From Eledone cirrhosa (Eukaryota), in the NCBI GenBank assembly GCA_964016885.1, contig OZ024746.1, forward strand, positions 57,226,001-57,290,000: a DNA stretch of 64,000 nucleotides. The letters are read 5' to 3'. A model generated the notes under the pieces. That model did no database searches. It saw only the letters and a program-made list of their open reading frames with translations, and had not been told where the DNA came from. The translations under genes were made by a program, and so were the position numbers. Positions 15,601 to 28,249 of the stretch are shown here, piece after piece. The first letter of the stretch is position 1. Each line of letters begins with the position of its first letter.

Positions 15601-18600
15601 GCTATAGAATAGAATACGTCACGTATTACAATTAGATTCTCGATAAAAGCAAGGGAAGTAAATCTACGCGTTTCATTCTCGTTAGAAATCGTCAGGACTA
15701 CATATCCAGTGCTTTCATCGAGAATGACACAGCTAGAGACTTATAGAATACTTAGCTGTGTACAGGAACTGGTTTGAAAGAGCGGTTGCCGGTCCGGCAG
15801 AAATTAGAAATTGGAATAAATGCTCTGAAATAGCGATATATATGTGAATATAGACATAGAATATTCGAAAATATTCTGTATGTTTATAATAAACATTTTG
15901 AAGACCTAATCGCTATAGAATAGAATACGTCACGTATTACAATTAGATTCTCGATAAAAGCAAGGGAAGTAAATCTACGCGTTTCATTCTCGTTAGAAAT
16001 CGTCAGGACTACATATCCAGTGCTTTCATCGAGAATGACACAGCTAGAGACTTATAGAATACTTAGCTGTGTACAGGAACTGGTTTGAAAGAGCGGTTGC
16101 CGGTCCGGCAGAAATTAGAAATTGGAATAAATGCTCTGAAATAGCGATATATATGTGAATATAGACATAGAATATTCGAAAATATTCTGTATGTTTATAA
16201 TAAACATTTTGAAGACCTAATCGCTATAGAATAGAATACGTCACGTATTACAATTAGATTCTCGATAAAAGCAAGGGAAGTAAATCTACGCGTTTCATTC
16301 TCGTTAGAAATCGTCAGGACTACATATCCAGTGCTTTCATCGAGAATGACACAGCTAGAGACTTATAGAATACTTAGCTGTGTACAGGAACTGGTTTGAA
16401 AGAGCGGTTGCCGGTCCGGCAGAAATTAGAAATTGGAATAAATGCTCTGAAATAGCGATATATATGTGAATATAGACATAGAATATTCGAAAATATTCTG
16501 TATGTTTATAATAAACATTTTGAAGACCTAATCGCTATAGAATAGAATACGTCACGTATTACAATTAGATTCTCGATAAAAGCAAGGGAAGTAAATCTAC
16601 GCGTTTCATTCTCGTTAGAAATCGTCAGGACTACATATCCAGTGCTTTCATCGAGAATGACACAGCTAGAGACTTATAGAATACTTAGCTGTGTACAGGA
16701 ACTGGTTTGAAAGAGCGGTTGCCGGTCCGGCAGAAATTAGAAATTGGAATAAATGCTCTGAAATAGCGATATATATGTGAATATAGACATAGAATATTCG
16801 AAAATATTCTGTATGTTTATAATAAACATTTTGAAGACCTAATCGCTATAGAATAGAATACGTCACGTATTACAATTAGATTCTCGATAAAAGCAAGGGA
16901 AGTAAATCTACGCGTTTCATTCTCGTTAGAAATCGTCAGGACTACATATCCAGTGCTTTCATCGAGAATGACACAGCTAGAGACTTATAGAATACTTAGC
17001 TGTGTACAGGAACTGGTTTGAAAGAGCGGTTGCCGGTCCGGCAGAAATTAGAAATTGGAATAAATGCTCTGAAATAGCGATATATATGTGAATATAGACA
17101 TAGAATATTCGAAAATATTCTGTATGTTTATAATAAACATTTTGAAGACCTAATCGCTATAGAATAGAATACGTCACGTATTACAATTAGATTCTCGATA
17201 AAAGCAAGGGAAGTAAATCTACGCGTTTCATTCTCGTTAGAAATCGTCAGGACTACATATCCAGTGCTTTCATCGAGAATGACACAGCTAGAGACTTATA
17301 GAATACTTAGCTGTGTACAGGAACTGGTTTGAAAGAGCGGTTGCCGGTCCGGCAGAAATTAGAAATTGGAATAAATGCTCTGAAATAGCGATATATATGT
17401 GAATATAGACATAGAATATTCGAAAATATTCTGTATGTTTATAATAAACATTTTGAAGACCTAATCGCTATAGAATAGAATACGTCACGTATTACAATTA
17501 GATTCTCGATAAAAGCAAGGGAAGTAAATCTACGCGTTTCATTCTCGTTAGAAATCGTCAGGACTACATATCCAGTGCTTTCATCGAGAATGACACAGCT
17601 AGAGACTTATAGAATACTTAGCTGTGTACAGGAACTGGTTTGAAAGAGCGGTTGCCGGTCCGGCAGAAATTAGAAATTGGAATAAATGCTCTGAAATAGC
17701 GATATATATGTGAATATAGACATAGAATATTCGAAAATATTCTGTATGTTTATAATAAACATTTTGAAGACCTAATCGCTATAGAATAGAATACGTCACG
17801 TATTACAATTAGATTCTCGATAAAAGCAAGGGAAGTAAATCTACGCGTTTCATTCTCGTTAGAAATCGTCAGGACTACATATCCAGTGCTTTCATCGAGA
17901 ATGACACAGCTAGAGACTTATAGAATACTTAGCTGTGTACAGGAACTGGTTTGAAAGAGCGGTTGCCGGTCCGGCAGAAATTAGAAATTGGAATAAATGC
18001 TCTGAAATAGCGATATATATGTGAATATAGACATAGAATATTCGAAAATATTCTGTATGTTTATAATAAACATTTTGAAGACCTAATCGCTATAGAATAG
18101 AATACGTCACGTATTACAATTAGATTCTCGATAAAAGCAAGGGAAGTAAATCTACGCGTTTCATTCTCGTTAGAAATCGTCAGGACTACATATCCAGTGC
18201 TTTCATCGAGAATGACACAGCTAGAGACTTATAGAATACTTAGCTGTGTACAGGAACTGGTTTGAAAGAGCGGTTGCCGGTCCGGCAGAAATTAGAAATT
18301 GGAATAAATGCTCTGAAATAGCGATATATATGTGAATATAGACATAGAATATTCGAAAATATTCTGTATGTTTATAATAAACATTTTGAAGACCTAATCG
18401 CTATAGAATAGAATACGTCACGTATTACAATTAGATTCTCGATAAAAGCAAGGGAAGTAAATCTACGCGTTTCATTCTCGTTAGAAATCGTCAGGACTAC
18501 ATATCCAGTGCTTTCATCGAGAATGACACAGCTAGAGACTTATAGAATACTTAGCTGTGTACAGGAACTGGTTTGAAAGAGCGGTTGCCGGTCCGGCAGA

Positions 18601-21600
18601 AATTAGAAATTGGAATAAATGCTCTGAAATAGCGATATATATGTGAATATAGACATAGAATATTCGAAAATATTCTGTATGTTTATAATAAACATTTTGA
18701 AGACCTAATCGCTATAGAATAGAATACGTCACGTATTACAATTAGATTCTCGATAAAAGCAAGGGAAGTAAATCTACGCGTTTCATTCTCGTTAGAAATC
18801 GTCAGGACTACATATCCAGTGCTTTCATCGAGAATGACACAGCTAGAGACTTATAGAATACTTAGCTGTGTACAGGAACTGGTTTGAAAGAGCGGTTGCC
18901 GGTCCGGCAGAAATTAGAAATTGGAATAAATGCTCTGAAATAGCGATATATATGTGAATATAGACATAGAATATTCGAAAATATTCTGTATGTTTATAAT
19001 AAACATTTTGAAGACCTAATCGCTATAGAATAGAATACGTCACGTATTACAATTAGATTCTCGATAAAAGCAAGGGAAGTAAATCTACGCGTTTCATTCT
19101 CGTTAGAAATCGTCAGGACTACATATCCAGTGCTTTCATCGAGAATGACACAGCTAGAGACTTATAGAATACTTAGCTGTGTACAGGAACTGGTTTGAAA
19201 GAGCGGTTGCCGGTCCGGCAGAAATTAGAAATTGGAATAAATGCTCTGAAATAGCGATATATATGTGAATATAGACATAGAATATTCGAAAATATTCTGT
19301 ATGTTTATAATAAACATTTTGAAGACCTAATCGCTATAGAATAGAATACGTCACGTATTACAATTAGATTCTCGATAAAAGCAAGGGAAGTAAATCTACG
19401 CGTTTCATTCTCGTTAGAAATCGTCAGGACTACATATCCAGTGCTTTCATCGAGAATGACACAGCTAGAGACTTATAGAATACTTAGCTGTGTACAGGAA
19501 CTGGTTTGAAAGAGCGGTTGCCGGTCCGGCAGAAATTAGAAATTGGAATAAATGCTCTGAAATAGCGATATATATGTGAATATAGACATAGAATATTCGA
19601 AAATATTCTGTATGTTTATAATAAACATTTTGAAGACCTAATCGCTATAGAATAGAATACGTCACGTATTACAATTAGATTCTCGATAAAAGCAAGGGAA
19701 GTAAATCTACGCGTTTCATTCTCGTTAGAAATCGTCAGGACTACATATCGAGAATGACACAGCTAGAGACTTATAGAATACTTAGCTGTGTACAGGAACT
19801 GGTTTGAAAGAGCGGTTGCCGGTCCGGCAGAAATTAGAAATTGGAATAAATGCTCTGAAATAGCGATATATATGTGAATATAGACATAGAATATTCGAAA
19901 ATATTCTGTATGTTTATAATAAACATTTTGAAGACCTAATCGCTATAGAATAGAATACGTCACGTATTACAATTAGATTCTCGATAAAAGCAAGGGAAGT
20001 AAATCTACGCGTTTCATTCTCGTTAGAAATCGTCAGGACTACATATCCAGTGCTTTCATCGAGAATGACACAGCTAGAGACTTATAGAATACTTAGCTGT
20101 GTACAGGAACTGGTTTGAAAGAGCGGTTGCCGGTCCGGCAGAAATTAGAAATTGGAATAAATGCTCTGAAATAGCGATATATATGTGAATATAGACATAG
20201 AATATTCGAAAATATTCTGTATGTTTATAATAAACATTTTGAAGACCTAATCGCTATAGAATAGAATACGTCACGTATTACAATTAGATTCTCGATAAAA
20301 GCAAGGGAAGTAAATCTACGCGTTTCATTCTCGTTAGAAATCGTCAGGACTACATATCCAGTGCTTTCATCGAGAATGACACAGCTAGAGACTTATAGAA
20401 TACTTAGCTGTGTACAGGAACTGGTTTGAAAGAGCGGTTGCCGGTCCGGCAGAAATTAGAAATTGGAATAAATGCTCTGAAATAGCGATATATATGTGAA
20501 TATAGACATAGAATATTCGAAAATATTCTGTATGTTTATAATAAACATTTTGAAGACCTAATCGCTATAGAATAGAATACGTCACGTATTACAATTAGAT
20601 TCTCGATAAAAGCAAGGGAAGTAAATCTACGCGTTTCATTCTCGTTAGAAATCGTCAGGACTACATATCCAGTGCTTTCATCGAGAATGACACAGCTAGA
20701 GACTTATAGAATACTTAGCTGTGTACAGGAACTGGTTTGAAAGAGCGGTTGCCGGTCCGGCAGAAATTAGAAATTGGAATAAATGCTCTGAAATAGCGAT
20801 ATATATGTGAATATAGACATAGAATATTCGAAAATATTCTGTATGTTTATAATAAACATTTTGAAGACCTAATCGCTATAGAATAGAATACGTCACGTAT
20901 TACAATTAGATTCTCGATAAAAGCAAGGGAAGTAAATCTACGCGTTTCATTCTCGTTAGAAATCGTCAGGACTACATATCCAGTGCTTTCATCGAGAATG
21001 ACACAGCTAGAGACTTATAGAATACTTAGCTGTGTACAGGAACTGGTTTGAAAGAGCGGTTGCCGGTCCGGCAGAAATTAGAAATTGGAATAAATGCTCT
21101 GAAATAGCGATATATATGTGAATATAGACATAGAATATTCGAAAATATTCTGTATGTTTATAATAAACATTTTGAAGACCTAATCGCTATAGAATAGAAT
21201 ACGTCACGTATTACAATTAGATTCTCGATAAAAGCAAGGGAAGTAAATCTACGCGTTTCATTCTCGTTAGAAATCGTCAGGACTACATATCCAGTGCTTT
21301 CATCGAGAATGACACAGCTAGAGACTTATAGAATACTTAGCTGTGTACAGGAACTGGTTTGAAAGAGCGGTTGCCGGTCCGGCAGAAATTAGAAATTGGA
21401 ATAAATGCTCTGAAATAGCGATATATATGTGAATATAGACATAGAATATTCGAAAATATTCTGTATGTTTATAATAAACATTTTGAAGACCTAATCGCTA
21501 TAGAATAGAATACGTCACGTATTACAATTAGATTCTCGATAAAAGCAAGGGAAGTAAATCTACGCGTTTCATTCTCGTTAGAAATCGTCAGGACTACATA

Positions 21601-24600
21601 TCCAGTGCTTTCATCGAGAATGACACAGCTAGAGACTTATAGAATACTTAGCTGTGTACAGGAACTGGTTTGAAAGAGCGGTTGCCGGTCCGGCAGAAAT
21701 TAGAAATTGGAATAAATGCTCTGAAATAGCGATATATATGTGAATATAGACATAGAATATTCGAAAATATTCTGTATGTTTATAATAAACATTTTGAAGA
21801 CCTAATCGCTATAGAATAGAATACGTCACGTATTACAATTAGATTCTCGATAAAAGCAAGGGAAGTAAATCTACGCGTTTCATTCTCGTTAGAAATCGTC
21901 AGGACTACATATCCAGTGCTTTCATCGAGAATGACACAGCTAGAGACTTATAGAATACTTAGCTGTGTACAGGAACTGGTTTGAAAGAGCGGTTGCCGGT
22001 CCGGCAGAAATTAGAAATTGGAATAAATGCTCTGAAATAGCGATATATATGTGAATATAGACATAGAATATTCGAAAATATTCTGTATGTTTATAATAAA
22101 CATTTTGAAGACCTAATCGCTATAGAATAGAATACGTCACGTATTACAATTAGATTCTCGATAAAAGCAAGGGAAGTAAATCTACGCGTTTCATTCTCGT
22201 TAGAAATCGTCAGGACTACATATCCAGTGCTTTCATCGAGAATGACACAGCTAGAGACTTATAGAATACTTAGCTGTGTACAGGAACTGGTTTGAAAGAG
22301 CGGTTGCCGGTCCGGCAGAAATTAGAAATTGGAATAAATGCTCTGAAATAGCGATATATATGTGAATATAGACATAGAATATTCGAAAATATTCTGTATG
22401 TTTATAATAAACATTTTGAAGACCTAATCGCTATAGAATAGAATACGTCACGTATTACAATTAGATTCTCGATAAAAGCAAGGGAAGTAAATCTACGCGT
22501 TTCATTCTCGTTAGAAATCGTCAGGACTACATATCCAGTGCTTTCATCGAGAATGACACAGCTAGAGACTTATAGAATACTTAGCTGTGTACAGGAACTG
22601 GTTTGAAAGAGCGGTTGCCGGTCCGGCAGAAATTAGAAATTGGAATAAATGCTCTGAAATAGCGATATATATGTGAATATAGACATAGAATATTCGAAAA
22701 TATTCTGTATGTTTATAATAAACATTTTGAAGACCTAATCGCTATAGAATAGAATACGTCACGTATTACAATTAGATTCTCGATAAAAGCAAGGGAAGTA
22801 AATCTACGCGTTTCATTCTCGTTAGAAATCGTCAGGACTACATATCCAGTGCTTTCATCGAGAATGACACAGCTAGAGACTTATAGAATACTTAGCTGTG
22901 TACAGGAACTGGTTTGAAAGAGCGGTTGCCGGTCCGGCAGAAATTAGAAATTGGAATAAATGCTCTGAAATAGCGATATATATGTGAATATAGACATAGA
23001 ATATTCGAAAATATTCTGTATGTTTATAATAAACATTTTGAAGACCTAATCGCTATAGAATAGAATACGTCACGTATTACAATTAGATTCTCGATAAAAG
23101 CAAGGGAAGTAAATCTACGCGTTTCATTCTCGTTAGAAATCGTCAGGACTACATATCCAGTGCTTTCATCGAGAATGACACAGCTAGAGACTTATAGAAT
23201 ACTTAGCTGTGTACAGGAACTGGGTTTGAAAGAGCGGTTGCCGGTCCGGCAGAAATTAGAAATTGGAATAAATGCTCTGAAATAGCGATATATATGTGAA
23301 TATAGACATAGAATATTCGAAAATATTCTGTATGTTTATAATAAACATTTTGAAGACCTAATCGCTATAGAATAGAATACGTCACGTATTACAATTAGAT
23401 TCTCGATAAAAGCAAGGGAAGTAAATCTACGCGTTTCATTCTCGTTAGAAATCGTCAGGACTACATATCCAGTGCTTTCATCGAGAATGACACAGCTAGA
23501 GACTTATAGAATACTTAGCTGTGTACAGGAACTGGTTTGAAAGAGCGGTTGCCGGTCCGGCAGAAATTAGAAATTGGAATAAATGCTCTGAAATAGCGAT
23601 ATATATGTGAATATAGACATAGAATATTCGAAAATATTCTGTATGTTTATAATAAACATTTTGAAGACCTAATCGCTATAGAATAGAATACGTCACGTAT
23701 TACAATTAGATTCTCGATAAAAGCAAGGGAAGTAAATCTACGCGTTTCATTCTCGTTAGAAATCGTCAGGACTACATATCCAGTGCTTTCATCGAGAATG
23801 ACACAGCTAGAGACTTATAGAATACTTAGCTGTGTACAGGAACTGGTTTGAAAGAGCGGTTGCCGGTCCGGCAGAAATTAGAAATTGGAATAAATGCTCT
23901 GAAATAGCGATATATATGTGAATATAGACATAGAATATTCGAAAATATTCTGTATGTTTATAATAAACATTTTGAAGACCTAATCGCTATAGAATAGAAT
24001 ACGTCACGTATTACAATTAGATTCTCGATAAAAGCAAGGGAAGTAAATCTACGCGTTTCATTCTCGTTAGAAATCGTCAGGACTACATATCCAGTGCTTT
24101 CATCGAGAATGACACAGCTAGAGACTTATAGAATACTTAGCTGTGTACAGGAACTGGTTTGAAAGAGCGGTTGCCGGTCCGGCAGAAATTAGAAATTGGA
24201 ATAAATGCTCTGAAATAGCGATATATATGTGAATATAGACATAGAATATTCGAAAATATTCTGTATGTTTATAATAAACATTTTGAAGACCTAATCGCTA
24301 TAGAATAGAATACGTCACGTATTACAATTAGATTCTCGATAAAAGCAAGGGAAGTAAATCTACGCGTTTCATTCTCGTTAGAAATCGTCAGGACTACATA
24401 TCCAGTGCTTTCATCGAGAATGACACAGCTAGAGACTTATAGAATACTTAGCTGTGTACAGGAACTGGGTTTGAAAGAGCGGTTGCCGGTCCGGCAGAAA
24501 TTAGAAATTGGAATAAATGCTCTGAAATAGCGATATATATGTGAATATAGACATAGAATATTCGAAAATATTCTGTATGTTTATAATAAACATTTTGAAG

Positions 24601-25185
24601 ACCTAATCGCTATAGAATAGAATACGTCACGTATTACAATTAGATTCTCGATAAAAGCAAGGGAAGTAAATCTACGCGTTTCATTCTCGTTAGAAATCGT
24701 CAGGACTACATATCCAGTGCTTTCATCGAGAATGACACAGCTAGAGACTTATAGAATACTTAGCTGTGTACAGGAACTGGTTTGAAAGAGCGGTTGCCGG
24801 TCCGGCAGAAATTAGAAATTGGAATAAATGCTCTGAAATAGCGATATATATGTGAATATAGACATAGAATATTCGAAAATATTCTGTATGTTTATAATAA
24901 ACATTTTGAAGACCTAATCGCTATAGAATAGAATACGTCACGTATTACAATTAGATTCTCGATAAAAGCAAGGGAAGTAAATCTACGCGTTTCATTCTCG
25001 TTAGAAATCGTCAGGACTACATATCCAGTGCTTTCATCGAGAATGACACAGCTAGAGACTTATAGAATACTTAGCTGTGTACAGGAACTGGTTTGAAAGA
25101 GCGGTTGCCGGTCCGGCAGAAATTAGAAATTGGAATAAATGCTCTGAAATAGCGATATATATGTGAATATAGACATAGAATATTC
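12700..25185 (-). repeat. Tandem array of a 311-bp hammerhead-containing monomer (retrozyme-like satellite), 40 full copies plus a partial; ribozyme on the minus strand
   Basis: tggaataaat starts at 12701, 13012, 13323 ... 25131. The span of 12430 equals 40x311 plus three 1-bp insertions minus one 13-bp deletion. Confidence 0.97.
12836..12926 (-). ncRNA. Type I hammerhead ribozyme, first of 40 minus-strand copies (core 12865-12895)
   Basis: Reverse complement: gtagtc CTGACGA tttct-aacg-agaat GAAA CGCGTA gatttac, enclosed by attctcgatgaaagca / tgcttttatcgagaat. Confidence 0.8.
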
Positions 25186-27748
25186 TATAGCGATTAGGTC
25201 TTCAAAATGTTTATTATAAACATACAGAATATTTTCGAATATTCTATGTCTATATTCACATATATATCGCTATTTCAGAGCATTTATTCCAATTTCTAAT
25301 TTCTGCCGGACCGGCAACCGCTCTTTCAAACCAGTTCCTGTACACAGCTAAGTATTCTATAAGTCTCTAGCTGTGTCATTCTCGATGAAAGCACTGGATA
25401 TGTAGTCCTGACGATTTCTAACGAGAATGAAACGCGTAGATTTACTTCCCTTGCTTTTATCGAGAATCTAATTGTAATACGTGACGTATTCTATTCTATA
25501 GCGATTAGGTCTTCAAAATGTTTATTATAAACATACAGAATATTTTCGAATATTCTATGTCTATATTCACATATATATCGCTATTTCAGAGCATTTATTC
25601 CAATTTCTAATTTCTGCCGGACCGGCAACCGCTCTTTCAAACCAGTTCCTGTACACAGCTAAGTATTCTATAAGTCTCTAGCTGTGTCATTCTCGATGAA
25701 AGCACTGGATATGTAGTCCTGACGATTTCTAACGAGAATGAAACGCGTAGATTTACTTCCCTTGCTTTTATCGAGAATCTAATTGTAATACGTGACGTAT
25801 TCTATTCTATAGCGATTAGGTCTTCAAAATGTTTATTATAAACATACAGAATATTTTCGAATATTCTATGTCTATATTCACATATATATCGCTATTTCAG
25901 AGCATTTATTCCAATTTCTAATTTCTGCCGGACCGGCAACCGCTCTTTCAAACCAGTTCCTGTACACAGCTAAGTATTCTATAAGTCTCTAGCTGTGTCA
26001 TTCTCGATGAAAGCACTGGATATGTAGTCCTGACCATTTCTAACGAGAATGAAACGCGTAGATTTACTTCCCTTGCTTTTATCGAGAATCTAATTGTAAT
26101 ACGTGACGTATTCTATTCTATAGCGATTAGGTCTTCAAAATGTTTATTATAAACATACAGAATATTTTCGAATATTCTATGTCTATATTCACATATATAT
26201 CGCTATTTCAGAGCATTTATTCCAATTTCTAATTTCTGCCGGACCGGCAACCACTCTTTCAAACCAGTTCCTGTACACAGCTAAGTATTCTATAAGTCTC
26301 TAGCTGTGTCATTCTCGATGAAAGCACTGGATATGTAGTCCTGACGATTTCTAACGAGAATGAAACGCGTAGATTTACTTCCCTTGCTTTTATCGAGAAT
26401 CTAATTGTAATACGTGACGTATTCTATTCTATAGCGATTAGGTCTTCAAAATGTTTATTATAAACATACAGAATATTTTCGAATATTCTATGTCTATATT
26501 CACATATATATCGCTATTTCAGAGCATTTATTCCAATTTCTAATTTCTGCCGGACCGGCAACCGCTCTTTCAAACCAGTTCCTGTACACAGCTAAGTATT
26601 CTATAAGTCTCTAGCTGTGTCATTCTCGATGAAAGCACTGGATATGTAGTCCTGACGATTTCTAACGAGAATGAAACGCGTAGATTTACTTCCCTTGCTT
26701 TTATCGAGAATCTAATTGTAATACGTGACGTATTCTATTCTATAGCGATTAGGTCTTCAAAATGTTTATTATAAACATACAGAATATTTTCGAATATTCT
26801 ATGTCTATATTCACATATATATCGCTATTTCAGAGCATTTATTCCAATTTCTAATTTCTGCCGGACCGGCAACCGCTCTTTCAAACCAGTTCCTGTACAC
26901 AGCTAAGTATTCTATAAGTCTCTAGCTGTGTCATTCTCGATGAAAGCACTGGATATGTAGTCCTGACGATTTCTAACGAGAATGAAACGCGTAGATTTAC
27001 TTCCCTTGCTTTTATCGAGAATCTAATTGTAATACGTGACGTATTCTATTCTATAGCGATTAGGTCTTCAAAATGTTTATTATAAACATACAGAATATTT
27101 TCGAATATTCTATGTCTATATTCACATATATATCGCTATTTCAGAGCATTTATTCCAATTTCTAATTTCTGCCGGACCGGCAACCGCTCTTTCAAACCCA
27201 GTTCCTGTACACAGCTAAGTATTCTATAAGTCTCTAGCTGTGTCATTCTCGATGAAAGCACTGGATATGTAGTCCTGACGATTTCTAACGAGAATGAAAC
27301 GCGTAGATTTACTTCCCTTGCTTTTATCGAGAATCTAATTGTAATACGTGACGTATTCTATTCTATAGCGATTAGGTCTTCAAAATGTTTATTATAAACA
27401 TACAGAATATTTTCGAATATTCTATGTCTATATTCACATATATATCGCTATTTCAGAGCATTTATTCCAATTTCTAATTTCTGCCGGACCGGCAACCGCT
27501 CTTTCAAACCAGTTCCTGTACACAGCTAAGTATTCTATAAGTCTCTAGCTGTGTCATTCTCGATGAAAGCACTGGATATGTAGTCCTGACGATTTCTAAC
27601 GAGAATGAAACGCGTAGATTTACTTCCCTTGCTTTTATCGAGAATCTAATTGTAATACGTGACGTATTCTATTCTATAGCGATTAGGTCTTCAAAATGTT
27701 TATTATAAACATACAGAATATTTTCGAATATTCTATGTCTATATTCAC

Positions 27749-27756
<8 letters not shown>
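25181..27756 (+). repeat. Inverted block of the same 311-bp monomer (~8.3 copies, 8 hammerhead motifs on +), ending in (TA)n
   Basis: Reverse complement of the left array. Core motifs run from 25408 to 27586 at 311-bp spacing, with one +1 insertion. Confidence 0.97.
25377..25467 (+). ncRNA. Type I hammerhead ribozyme, first plus-strand copy
   Basis: CTGACGA 25408-25414, stem II TTCT/AGAA with AACG loop, GAAA 25429-25432, palindromic ACGCGT, predicted cleavage after GUA at 25438. Confidence 0.8.
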
Positions 27757-27791
<35 letters not shown>

Positions 27792-27849
27792 ATAGTGTGT
27801 GTACATTTTAATAGTTAATATACAATCAAGATACTTCCAATTATCTTAC

Positions 27850-27894
27850 AAAATTCGAATTTCGCTCATTGAAACTAAATACACTTGCGTCGTT

Positions 27895-27983
<89 letters not shown>

Positions 27984-28019
27984 GGCGCAAGTGTATTTAG
28001 TTTCCATGAGCGAAATTCG

Positions 28020-28025
<6 letters not shown>
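27850..28025. repeat. ~46-bp inverted repeats flanking a (TA)n tract
   Basis: aaaattcgaatttcgctcattgaaactaaatacacttgcgtcgttt ... (TA)n ... aaacggcgcaagtgtatttagtttccatgagcgaaattcgaatttt. Confidence 0.85.
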
Positions 28026-28061
<36 letters not shown>

Positions 28062-28067
<6 letters not shown>

Positions 28068-28245
28068 CTCTAAAATATTAATAAATATAGAGATTCACGT
28101 GATCAAATATATGAATGTCTATATTTATTAATATTTTAAAGTAATATTAATAACTCCAGAAAATATTACTGTAGAGTGCTTCGGGTCTTTTGTGAAACAT
28201 TATTCATTGATTAATTCATTGAACCTTGTTAAACTTTTAACTATA
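28062..28245 (+). mobile_element. Fold-back element related to 1602-1873
   Basis: Inverted arms span ~28062-28147, the tail tattcattgattaattcattgaacc is shared, and both sides abut TA runs. Confidence 0.6.
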
Positions 28246-28249
28246 TATA

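Noticed and set aside
12700-27756. CRISPR array, rDNA/5S or snRNA tandem cluster
   Set aside because: There are no unique spacers, whole units are identical, the context is eukaryotic, and I recognise no rRNA, tRNA or snRNA sequence.
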